From NCBI GenBank assembly GCA_965249625.1, contig OZ252246.1:2706236-2770235 (forward strand): 64,000 nt of DNA. Direction: 5' to 3'. Both the position numbers and the translations under genes were made by a program. How positions within the stretch are numbered: position 1 is the first letter of the stretch; the number at the start of each line of letters is the position of its first letter. Origin of the DNA: Nitrospinales bacterium (GTDB taxonomy: Bacteria > Nitrospinota > Nitrospinia > Nitrospinales > VA-1). Below, piece after piece: positions 8,878 to 17,258 of this stretch. Below the pieces are notes generated by a model. It saw only the letters and a program-made list of their open reading frames with translations, was not told where the DNA came from and made no database searches.

Positions 8878-9831
8878 ATGGCAATAATTTTAGGTGATAG
8901 AGAACTTAAAAAGCTACTGGGCTCAGTAATAATCAATGGTGATGAAAGTTGTGTCCGTCCAAATGCCTATGTTTTGCGGTTAGGGGCTAAGGGAGAGTTT
9001 AAAAACACTAACATAGCCTTTAACATAGGAGGTCAAGATAAGAAAGGTATTAAACTGGCTTCAGGCCACGCCGCCGGTTTATCTTCCCATGAGCAACTGG
9101 ATTTTCGTCGTGAAACTGTACATAAAATTTATCCTAACTGCGATTTATTTGCATACTTGAGTCCGGTTACTGATTTATCCCGCGAAGGTATTACTACTCA
9201 CACCACACAGGTGGATGTTGGTTTTAATGGTATTTTATCTTGGACTATCAATAATACTTCCAATGAAGAAAATCAGTTTTTATTTAAGGAAAAATTATAT
9301 CGATTAACTATTTTTAAGTTGGACCAGGATGAGGAAATGCCTGAAAAGCCTTATGAGGGTGATTATCAAGGTAAGACGGATTACGTTCGCTCTACAAGGA
9401 AGGGCGCACCTCGTGGAATGAAAGAAAATGAATGGGCAACGAGTTATGTAGATGGCTCACCCGAGGACCATTTAAAAAACCTAATTAGTTCGGGTTTCCC
9501 ATGGAATATACTAGGAAAGCAACTCAAGGCAATAGATGGAGAATTAAAAACAGTGACGGAAGAGTATTCAAAAATTTATGATTCGTTACATAATTTGTCT
9601 AAAGAAATAGATGGTCTTCCAAAAATGGTCGAAGATAAAATCAATCAAAAGAAACCTGAGTTGGTATTAGCTTTGGGTGCCTTGATTTTTTTTCTTGTAG
9701 GGGGTGGAATTACTATTTTTACAAATGATAGGGCGGTTAATTTCCTAGATAATTTTGGTTCCTTTGTGGGTATAGGAATCATGGTTTTAGTACCAGGTTT
9801 ATTCTGGTTTACAAGAAAAAGAAAAAAGTGA
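8878..9831 (+). CDS. dCTP deaminase/dUTPase-fold domain fused to a coiled coil and two C-terminal TM helices
   Basis: The N-terminal ~180 aa align by eye to Dcd motifs in order: IILGDRELKKLL, VRPNAYVLRLG, DLSREGI, VDVGFNGILSWTINN. The position of the catalytic Glu (Dcd ...LEFYN) appears to be Thr/Trp. Residues ~215-255 look like coiled coil. The C-terminus has LVLALGALIFFLVGGGITIF and FVGIGIMVLVPGLFWF followed by RKRKK. Confidence 0.6.
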   Translation: MAIILGDRELKKLLGSVIINGDESCVRPNAYVLRLGAKGEFKNTNIAFNIGGQDKKGIKLASGHAAGLSSHEQLDFRRETVHKIYPNCDLFAYLSPVTDLSREGITTHTTQVDVGFNGILSWTINNTSNEENQFLFKEKLYRLTIFKLDQDEEMPEKPYEGDYQGKTDYVRSTRKGAPRGMKENEWATSYVDGSPEDHLKNLISSGFPWNILGKQLKAIDGELKTVTEEYSKIYDSLHNLSKEIDGLPKMVEDKINQKKPELVLALGALIFFLVGGGITIFTNDRAVNFLDNFGSFVGIGIMVLVPGLFWFTRKRKK

Positions 9832-9941
9832 TTTTTTGAATTAGAGTTCTCGGGAGGTTACATTTAGGCTCTGTTATGGTTGGTCTACTCCGTTGCAATT
9901 AGAATGTTGGATTGATTTTTTAAATATATAGGAGTGCGTTA

Positions 9942-10139
9942 ATGACTAAAAGAGAGAAACGGCCGAAAATGGTTTTCCGCAAGTTTTTACAGGACAACCA
10001 GAAGCAAATGACCGATTATATAGCACATGTCGAAGCTTCAGAAAAATATGAACGGGAACCCTGGATGTTAGGGTCCGACCCTGAAGGACTCGTCACCCCC
10101 GAATCCATTGTCGAACTCAACCAGCTCGGCGACGGCTAA
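9942..10139 (+). CDS. hypothetical small protein (65 aa)
   Basis: ATG ORF preceded by TAGGAG. No recognisable family. Followed immediately by the post-stop motif CGCTCGCCGCAGGGGCA. Confidence 0.3.
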   Translation: MTKREKRPKMVFRKFLQDNQKQMTDYIAHVEASEKYEREPWMLGSDPEGLVTPESIVELNQLGDG

Positions 10140-10343
10140 CCGCTCGCCGCAGGGGCAGAGTAGGGCTCATTTTCTGATGTTGATTTTCAGTAAAATATTC
10201 AAAAGGTTGAATTTAAAAATCGCAGGTGCTTTATTTTTTAATTATGTAAATTCAAAATTACCAAGGGTATAATTGTATTACACCTTAGCTTTAAGTATAT
10301 ATATGAGGTGTTGATAAATTTTTCTCTGTAAGAGCATTAAAAA

Positions 10344-11086
10344 ATGACCGAACACCCTAACCTTAAAAATGCACCGATAACGGAAGCGGCGATAGAGTTT
10401 AGGTTCCAAAATAAAATAGCAGAATTCCAAATCCTTGAGTCTGTTCATTCAGCATTTGAGAAGGACCTCCCTGAAAAAAAATAATTCACCGTGGTAAAGT
10501 AGACTTCGCTTTTGGGAAAGATAAGCCAGCCGCATCACAAGCCGAGTATCTGGGCCCAGAAGGTATTATTTTTTATTCTGTGGATAAGAAAAAAATAATT
10601 CAGTTAAAAAGGGATAGCTTTTCATTTGTCTGGGTAGGGAAATATTCTAAATGGGAAGAATTTTCATCTAAAGCTTTGGAACTTTGGAATAAAGCAGATA
10701 AAATATTGAAAAGAAATGCTTTAATTAGAATAGGCTCTAGATTTATTAATAATCTTAATATTCCTCACAATGTAGAATTAAAGGAAATTATAGTAAACTC
10801 ACCAACTCCTCCAAAAGGCGCCAGTTTTGAGATGGCAGGGTTTTTAAATCAAATGACCCTTTACGATGATGATAATTCTGTTTCTGCTATTGTTTATTTA
10901 GGTTTAGACCGTAATAGAATAAAAGAACCAAAACTCCCTGTTATCTTTGATATTGACGTGTTTAGCCTGGACGTAATTCAAAATGGAAATACTAAAATTA
11001 ATGAAAACTTGAATAAATTAAGAGTTTTTAAGAATTCAATATTTTTTAACTCCCTTACACCAAAGGGAATGGAGCTATATCAATGA
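10344..11086 (+). pseudogene. TIGR04255-like protein interrupted by a frameshift in an A8 run
   Basis: ATG 10344 encodes MTEHPNLKNAPITEAAIEFRF... (family-typical N-terminus as I recall it) and stops at 10482-10484. The continuation (KKIIHRGKVDFAFGK...; tracked from 10580) is in another frame. One extra A in the run 10474-10481 joins them. Confidence 0.5.
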
Positions 11087-11601
11087 TTACTCTGAAAGAA
11101 AGAAGCATGTTGCCTTTTGAGTCAGACGAAATTAGCTTTTCCGGTTCTTCAGTAGTTACAGTTGATTTAGAAGAATTGATTGAGGATTCCCCTGTTAGGG
11201 AGCCAAATTCATTTGCCGTTAGAGAAAAAATTCATTTGCTTCTTGAAGAAATTGATCAAGTTTATGCAGGTTCTCAAGGGGAAAATGCTGATAACTATGG
11301 AGGTAAAGCAGGTAATATTAATTCCTTTAGAAACATTCGCGCATTTATTCGTTTAATTCCCGAGTCGTTGTTAGAACTAATTCCTACAGTACTTTTAGAG
11401 CCAGATGGTTCTTTTGCCTTGGATTGGGAACATGAAAATGCAGATACTTCCTTCGCGGTCAGTTTTGGCTCAAACGATGAATTATTCTTTGCAGGGCTTT
11501 TTTTAAATGGGGCTAAACAAAGAGGTGTTGAAATTTTTAATAGATTTTGGTTTCCCGATCCCATTAGTAAAAATATATTAAGGGTCATAAAAGGGAAATA
11601 A
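11083..11601 (+). CDS. hypothetical protein (172 aa)
   Basis: ATG overlaps the upstream stop (ATGA at 11083-11086), which suggests translational coupling. No recognisable domain. Confidence 0.5.
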   Translation: MITLKERSMLPFESDEISFSGSSVVTVDLEELIEDSPVREPNSFAVREKIHLLLEEIDQVYAGSQGENADNYGGKAGNINSFRNIRAFIRLIPESLLELIPTVLLEPDGSFALDWEHENADTSFAVSFGSNDELFFAGLFLNGAKQRGVEIFNRFWFPDPISKNILRVIKGK

Positions 11602-11602
11602 T

Positions 11603-11881
11603 TTGAATTTTAGTTCAGTTTCAGATCAAGAAGAGTTGTCTAGATTTCTTTTTGACAATCAAGACTTTACAGAAAGCTCAGGAAATATCCGATGGAATAG
11701 GCTGATGCCAATATTTTGTGAGCAACTTGATAGATTAGAAACCTCAATATTCAGGACAGCTACTTTAAAGCAAGATAAAGAAATATGGGAGTTAGGGGAT
11801 GCTTTTGCAGGTTTAGAGCGAAAGCCCCCAAAAGCTATAGCTGTCCTACAAGCAGAACAAATTAGAAATAAGTCGAACTAG
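11603..11881 (+). CDS. hypothetical protein (92 aa)
   Basis: TTG start 1 nt after the upstream stop. Same strand and compact spacing. No recognisable domain. Confidence 0.35.
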   Translation: MNFSSVSDQEELSRFLFDNQDFTESSGNIRWNRLMPIFCEQLDRLETSIFRTATLKQDKEIWELGDAFAGLERKPPKAIAVLQAEQIRNKSN

Positions 11882-12171
11882 GGGTTCGATAAATATTGCT
11901 TCCAATTTAATTTTTTAGAATTGTTGGGGTCGGGACCAACGTCAGCAGCACTTTATTAGCGGACGTTTTCTCGACTTTTTTTGTTAGAATACCCCTTGGC
12001 AGGGGAGGCTGTGATATTCCCATCATTACCTTTATGCCCCAACGGGGTAAATTGAGTAAGCGTGTGAAACAATGCCGAGACAACTCTTTGCCAGCAAACA
12101 AGAGCTATTACCCCTCCAGGGAACGAAGGCTAAGGAGAGATATCACATGCACATTGGCCCTGCGCCTGGCA

Positions 12172-12261
<90 letters not shown>

Positions 12262-12426
12262 CCATTCGCCATGGAGGCAAATTGATATAGCCTGTTTGGC
12301 TGCGAGGGCAATTGGGCACGAGATAAAGATATTGCATTTTATTAGCGGAGATTCTCCGCCACTGCTCGCCGCAGGGGCAGGTTAAGCCGAAAGAACTTTG
12401 CTAAAGTGGTGCGTCACTTAGAAAAA

Positions 12427-12560
12427 GAGAGATCCTTCTTCGCCAAAGGCTCATCAGGATGACAAAATGGCGTTTCTTGTCATTCTGAACGTGTGATATT
12501 CCCAACACTAGCTTCATGCCCCGGAGGGGTATTAGTGAAGAATCTCGTTTTTAAGGTCTC
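12427..12560. repeat. degenerate MITE copy (both termini eroded)
   Basis: Contains CAGGATGACAAAATGGCGTTTCTTGTCATTCTGAAC, a GCCCCGGAGGGG hairpin and AGTGAAGAATCTCG...AAGGTCTC, but lacks the CTTTGCATAA terminal blocks. Confidence 0.55.
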
Positions 12561-12593
12561 ATATTTTTATTGGTTAAAATATTATTGGCAGTT

Positions 12594-12690
12594 TTGTTGG
12601 GCCTCACGCAACGTGGCTTTGTGAAACCCGTCAGATCCGGAAGGAAGCAGCGGTAGCAAAATCCCATATGTGCTGTGAGTTCCCCAACAA
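12594..12690 (+). ncRNA. ffs: signal recognition particle RNA (4.5S type)
   Basis: Terminal helix TTGTTGGG.../...CCCCAACAA encloses the conserved domain IV sequence GTCAGATCCGGAAGGAAGCAGC. It sits directly upstream of dnaX, a common arrangement. Confidence 0.85.
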
Positions 12691-12764
12691 TTCTGCCTTT
12701 GAATAATATCCCCGGGCGACCCGCGGTCAGCGGTTTGCCTGCAAATCGTCGGTCTTCTGAAATA

Positions 12765-14366
12765 ATGGAATTCCAGGTTTCAGCCCGAAAATGGCGCCCC
12801 CAGAAATTCAGCGAATTGATTGGGCAGGAGCATATTGTCCGAACCCTTTCCAACGCTATTGAACTGAACCGTGTTTCGCATGCGTTCCTGTTTTCCGGAA
12901 CACGCGGTGTGGGTAAAACCACCACGGCGCGGATTCTTGCGCGGGTGCTCAATTGCGAAAAAGGACCGACTATCGAGCCTTGCGGTACCTGCAGTTTTTG
13001 TGTGGAAATTACCGAAGGCCACTGCATTGATGTTCAGGAAATTGATGGGGCTTCCAATAATGGGGTGGCCGAGGTGCGCGATCTCATTGACAACGTGCAA
13101 TACGCCACGTCCTCTGCCCGTTACAAAGTCTATATTATCGATGAAGTTCATATGCTTTCAAAAAACGCGTTCAACGCATTGTTGAAAACGCTGGAAGAAC
13201 CACCCCCTCGCGTTATTTTCATTTTTGCCACCACCGAACTGATCAAGATTCCGGACACCATCCTTTCGCGTTGCCAATGTTTTGAGTTCAAACCGTTATC
13301 GAATGTCCAGATCACCAAACAACTGGAACTGATTTGCGGGCAGGAAGGAATTCAAATTGATGAAAAAGGGTTGGAAGAAATTTCCAAAGTTGGGGCTGGC
13401 AGTATGCGTGATGCGCAAAGTCTATTGGACCAGGTTATTGCTTACAGCGGCAAAAATATCGATACCGATTCGGTAGAGTCGGTGCTCGGTATTGTTGGGG
13501 ACACCACTCTTGAGCTTTTCGCCGAACGTCTCATAAAACGGGAACCGGCTGAACTGATCGCTCTGGTCCAGGAGGTCGCCAATCAGGGTAAAGACCTGGG
13601 CCTGTTTTGCCGGAGTGTGATGGAATATTTAAGAAACCTGCTGATGGTCAAAGTTTCGCGCAATCCGGAAAGCCTGATCAACGCGCATACCTGCAACATG
13701 GAGGCTTTGAAAAAACAGGCAGAGGGATTCGATGCCGATGAGTTGCAACAAATGTTCACCGTTCTTTCCCGTGCCGAAGCGGAAATGAAACGAAGTTCCC
13801 TGGCGCAGATGGTTTTTGAGATGGCTATTCTGAGGCTGACGGAAACCCGGCCTTTTAAAAATATTGATGACCTCATCCACAAGATCAACCAGGTTGAAGT
13901 TCAGCCAGCCCGACTGGTCACGCCGTCACCGACAGCGCAAAATGATTCGAGCGTAACACCCGCGAAAACCCAACCGGATAACGGTTCTTTCGATTCCTCG
14001 ATCTGGAACAAGATCCGCCAGGAAGTTTCCCGAAAACGACCGGCTTTCGAACATTATCTGGATAAATGCCAGGTTCTCGCGCTGAACGAAAAAGAAATTC
14101 AGTTAATGTTTTCAGATTCCTTCACCCTTGAAATGGTTGGGAGTCCGGAAAATGTTCAGTTCATCAAAGATATGGTCAAATCAGCCAGCGGCCATGAGGT
14201 ACAGGTGATCTTGAAGCAGGGCAAGGTGAAGCCCACTTCATCGGGCCCTTCTTCAAGTGCGCAGGAAAAAAAAAACTTAACTAACGAAAACCAGAGCAGG
14301 CAGAAAACAGAATCGGCAATTATTCAGGACGCTCTGGATATTTTCGGGGGCATTGTGGTGAAATGA
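12765..14366 (+). CDS. dnaX: DNA polymerase III subunit tau/gamma
   Basis: MEFQVSARKWRPQKFSELIGQEHI, Walker A GTRGVGKTT, a CxxC..CxxC zinc module, IDEVHML. The track start at 12675 would overlap the SRP RNA, so ATG 12765 is preferred. Confidence 0.93.
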   Translation: MEFQVSARKWRPQKFSELIGQEHIVRTLSNAIELNRVSHAFLFSGTRGVGKTTTARILARVLNCEKGPTIEPCGTCSFCVEITEGHCIDVQEIDGASNNGVAEVRDLIDNVQYATSSARYKVYIIDEVHMLSKNAFNALLKTLEEPPPRVIFIFATTELIKIPDTILSRCQCFEFKPLSNVQITKQLELICGQEGIQIDEKGLEEISKVGAGSMRDAQSLLDQVIAYSGKNIDTDSVESVLGIVGDTTLELFAERLIKREPAELIALVQEVANQGKDLGLFCRSVMEYLRNLLMVKVSRNPESLINAHTCNMEALKKQAEGFDADELQQMFTVLSRAEAEMKRSSLAQMVFEMAILRLTETRPFKNIDDLIHKINQVEVQPARLVTPSPTAQNDSSVTPAKTQPDNGSFDSSIWNKIRQEVSRKRPAFEHYLDKCQVLALNEKEIQLMFSDSFTLEMVGSPENVQFIKDMVKSASGHEVQVILKQGKVKPTSSGPSSSAQEKKNLTNENQSRQKTESAIIQDALDIFGGIVVK

Positions 14367-14393
14367 AAAATTTCTCGAACAACAGGTGTTTTG

Positions 14394-14717
14394 ATGAGTG
14401 ATGATAAAGGCTGGATCTCGTTATTCAAACAGGCTCAGGACATGCAGTCCAAGCTTGCCGAAATTCAGGAAGGCCTCGCTAAAAAAACGGTGGAAGTGTC
14501 TACCGGTGGCGGTATGGTGAAGGTGGTTGCTAATGGGCTCAACGAAATTATTTCGGTCCATGTTGATGACGAACTGATCAACATGAATGATCGGGAAGTG
14601 CTCGAAGACCTGATCACCGGTGCCATGAACGAAGTTCATAAGAAAGTGAAAGATCTGGCGCAGGGTGAAATGTCCAAATTGACCGGGGGCCTGAAAATTC
14701 CCGGACTTTTCACATAA
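14394..14717 (+). CDS. ybaB: YbaB/EbfC nucleoid-associated protein
   Basis: 107 aa with GGGMVKVVANGLNEIISVHVDDELI...DLITGAMNEV. Canonical dnaX-ybaB-recR order. Confidence 0.9.
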   Translation: MSDDKGWISLFKQAQDMQSKLAEIQEGLAKKTVEVSTGGGMVKVVANGLNEIISVHVDDELINMNDREVLEDLITGAMNEVHKKVKDLAQGEMSKLTGGLKIPGLFT

Positions 14718-14745
14718 TGGGCGCGTTGAATAAACACGGGAATTA

Positions 14746-15369
14746 TTGGGAGCGAACCGTCTCATCGTGAAAAGACCTCCCGCAGTTACAAACCTTATAG
14801 ATGAATTGAAGAGGCTTCCCGGCATTGGCCAGAAAACCGCTGAACGTTTGTCGTTTTTCCTGATGCGCGGAAAAGCCGAGCAGGCCAATAAACTCGCCAC
14901 AGCCATTCAGAATCTTAAGGAAAAGATTATCCTCTGTTCGATTTGCCATGGCATCACCGAGTCTGACCCCTGCGATATTTGTTCAGATACTTCCCGCGAC
15001 CATTCACAGATTTGCGTGGTGGAAGAACCACACGACGTTTATGTGATGGAAAACATGGGTTATTTCAAAGGCGTTTATCATGTGTTGATGGGGGTGATTT
15101 CTCCGCTGGATGGAATTGGCCCCGATGATCTGAACATCGAAGTGTTGAAAGAAAAAGTCAGCAAGCCGGGTATCCGGGAGGTCATCCTGGCTACCAACCC
15201 GGATATGGAAGGTGAATCCACCGCCGTGTATATCTCAAAAGTTTTGAAACCTCACGGTAAAGTTAAGGTCACACGCATTGCCCGGGGCCTGCCGGTGGGT
15301 TCAGATATTGAGTATGCCGACTCCGTGACCCTGTTGAAATCGCTGGAAGGGCGACTGGAAATGAGGTAA
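14746..15369 (+). CDS. recR: recombination protein RecR
   Basis: LIDELKRLPGIGQKTAERL HhH, a Cys4 zinc finger (CSICHG...CDICSD), Toprim ICVVEEPHD. The start is uncertain; an internal GTG giving MKRPPAV is possible. Confidence 0.9.
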   Translation: MGANRLIVKRPPAVTNLIDELKRLPGIGQKTAERLSFFLMRGKAEQANKLATAIQNLKEKIILCSICHGITESDPCDICSDTSRDHSQICVVEEPHDVYVMENMGYFKGVYHVLMGVISPLDGIGPDDLNIEVLKEKVSKPGIREVILATNPDMEGESTAVYISKVLKPHGKVKVTRIARGLPVGSDIEYADSVTLLKSLEGRLEMR

Positions 15370-15578
15370 CCACTCGGCGTGGGGCCAAGTAGCCGTGATA
15401 CCCTCTTCCACAAACTTCATGCCCCGCAGGGGTAAATGGCTTGATTTGGCTGGCAAAGATTTATCTCGGCTTGACTTGCCCGCGCGGCTGGCAGCCACGC
15501 CAAGTGGGGAAATCCACTTGACAATATGATACAAAACAATTAGATTTCGGTGTTTTAGTCCTATTCCAAAAAAACCAT

Positions 15579-15653
15579 TCCGGTGTGGCGCAATGGTAGC
15601 GCAATCGGCTGTTAACCGATGTGTTAGAGGTTCGAATCCTCTCACCGGAGCCA
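15579..15653 (+). tRNA. tRNA-Asn (anticodon GUU), CCA encoded
   Basis: Acceptor TCCGGTG/CACCGGA, anticodon stem-loop CGGCTGTTAACCG, T-arm AGAGGTTCGAATCCTCT. Confidence 0.9.
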
Positions 15654-15673
15654 GTTTTAGTCCTCTTTTTCAG

Positions 15674-15801
15674 GAGAGCTTTGCGTAAGTCGAAAAAAAC
15701 AGAAAGGCGAGATTCTTCACTGCGTTCAGAATGACAATACAAGGCTATTTGTCATTCTGAGGAACAAGGTGACGAAGAATCCGGGGTTATGCAAAGGTCT
15801 C
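15674..15801. mobile_element. MITE, 128-bp basic form with perfect 9-bp TSD
   Basis: TIRs GAGAGCTTTGCGTAA / TTATGCAAAGGTCTC. Central hairpin CAGAATGACAA-N11-TTGTCATTCTG. Identical CTTTTTCAG at 15665-15673 and 15802-15810. Confidence 0.85.
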
Positions 15802-15821
15802 CTTTTTCAGGGGCATAAAGA

Positions 15822-15853
15822 CCCTGTCGAACCCTCGACAGGGTTTTGTTTTT
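15822..15853 (+). terminator. rho-independent terminator
   Basis: CCCTGTCGA-ACCC-TCGACAGGG followed by TTTTGTTTTT. Confidence 0.65.
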
Positions 15854-15979
15854 ATACGTGTGAAACATACAAGGGGCTATTCACCAAGGGCAGCTCGTAT
15901 CTTTGAAATTTTTTTCTGATTGGTTTTATGGTTGTTGTATAGATGCCAAATTAGGTCATGAAGTTCATCGCCCAAGGCT

Positions 15980-16198
15980 TTACGGCCAGTTTTTTTTTGA
16001 ACAATCCACCAAAGCATTGAGACGATTGGTGATGGTTTTTTTTATTCCCAGTGAACTTTGCCCACCGCTATTATAAACTTCGAAATACACGTCGAAATAA
16101 TCCAAACCCGGAAAATCCTCATCAACTATCTTTGATATTTGCTTTCCCTCTTGAGCAAGTCGTTGCATCTTTTCTGAATCAGACTGAGATATTGACAT
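15980..16198 (-). CDS. hypothetical small protein (72 aa)
   Basis: ATG ORF in an AT-richer patch. No recognisable domain. Confidence 0.3.
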   Translation of the reverse strand: MSISQSDSEKMQRLAQEGKQISKIVDEDFPGLDYFDVYFEVYNSGGQSSLGIKKTITNRLNALVDCSKKNWP

Positions 16199-16343
16199 AG
16201 CATTTCCCTAAATTTGAGAGTGACAGGATAAGTTTTATTTGTTAATCCAAACGGCTTATCATCAAAGATGCAATTGTCAAAATAACTAATGTTCTGTGGC
16301 CATCGGCCTTGAAACCATATGACATTTGTATTACAATTGTAAT

Positions 16344-16844
16344 ATGATTGTTTTTGATGCTTCCACATTAATTCTGCTGGCCCGGACGGAAATGCTGGAG
16401 ATGTTTATTTCCAGTTACTCGGAGGATGTGCAAATTCCCGAGGCTGTTAAAAAAGAAGTCCTGGGGAAGGACAGTGAAGAGGCTCCACAATTGGATGCCA
16501 TGATTAAGGCAAAAAAAATCCATGTTTCAAAGGTAGTTAATAGAAAGATTTTAAAGAAACTCATTGAAGATTTTAATATCGATTTGGGCGAGGCAGAGGC
16601 AATAACTCTTGCGATGCAAAAAAAGGGAGCTGTGATTGCCACAGATGACAGGAATGCCATCCGGGCATGTAAGCTTTTAAAGATAGATTTTATTACCGCG
16701 ATTTCCATCTTGGTGAGGGCGGTAGAGAAAAAACTTCTCGATAAAAGAGAGGCTCTTTTAAAATTGGATAAGCTCAAATTGATAGGAAGGTATAAAATGA
16801 CCATAATTACTGATGCAAGAAGCCAGATCAGGGAGGCAGGTTGA
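16344..16844 (+). CDS. PIN-like nuclease (DUF3368/COG2405-type toxin)
   Basis: MIVFDASTLILLARTEML... and ATDDRNAIRACKLL, typical of the DUF3368 PIN family. ATG 16344 is preferred over the track start at 16326. Confidence 0.75.
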   Translation: MIVFDASTLILLARTEMLEMFISSYSEDVQIPEAVKKEVLGKDSEEAPQLDAMIKAKKIHVSKVVNRKILKKLIEDFNIDLGEAEAITLAMQKKGAVIATDDRNAIRACKLLKIDFITAISILVRAVEKKLLDKREALLKLDKLKLIGRYKMTIITDARSQIREAG

Positions 16845-16845
16845 C

Positions 16846-17145
16846 ATGCCTGCAAAAACCCTGAGTATACGCATGAACGAAGACGATTATCGCGCCCTCG
16901 TGTCCCTTGCCAAAGAGGGAAAAGAAGACATTTCCAAGACGGTGCGTGAACTTGTTGAGCTCGGACGCACCATGCTTGCCATAGAGAAGTATAAAAGAGG
17001 CGAGGCATCGGCTGAGAAGTCTGCCAGGATAGCGGGAGTATCCATCTCGAAGTTTCTCGACATACTTAGTGAAAATGGTGTTACCGCGAATCTTGAAGAA
17101 GAAGATTATTTGGGGAGCTTGAAGACGGCGAGAAAGATTTGGTGA
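16846..17145 (+). CDS. UPF0175-family antitoxin-like protein
   Basis: MPAKTLSIRMNEDDY... and the C-terminal ARIAGVSISKFLDILSENGV HTH. GGGAGG SD 9 nt upstream. Starts 1 nt after the PIN gene stop. Confidence 0.7.
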   Translation: MPAKTLSIRMNEDDYRALVSLAKEGKEDISKTVRELVELGRTMLAIEKYKRGEASAEKSARIAGVSISKFLDILSENGVTANLEEEDYLGSLKTARKIW

Positions 17146-17258
17146 AATAAACGCGTTGAAAGTATTCCGTCTTTTAAGGAAAGCTTGAAAAACTAAAAGG
17201 GTTTGGTTATTCTCTTTTGGTGAAACCAACTTTAATATCAGTGGGATAACGTAATTTT

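Noticed and set aside
8438-12171. Searched for a duplicated tRNA-Arg 3' segment (attR) bounding the islet
   Set aside because: I could not find a repeat of GTTCGAGTCCTGCTGGGCGCACCA downstream by eye. The island call therefore rests on composition and gene content only.
12551-13027. Minus-strand 158-aa ORF, and the long N-terminal extension of dnaX from 12675
   Set aside because: Both overlap the SRP RNA (12594-12690). DnaX homology begins at MEFQVSARKWRPQKF (ATG 12765). The minus-strand ORF is antisense to dnaX.
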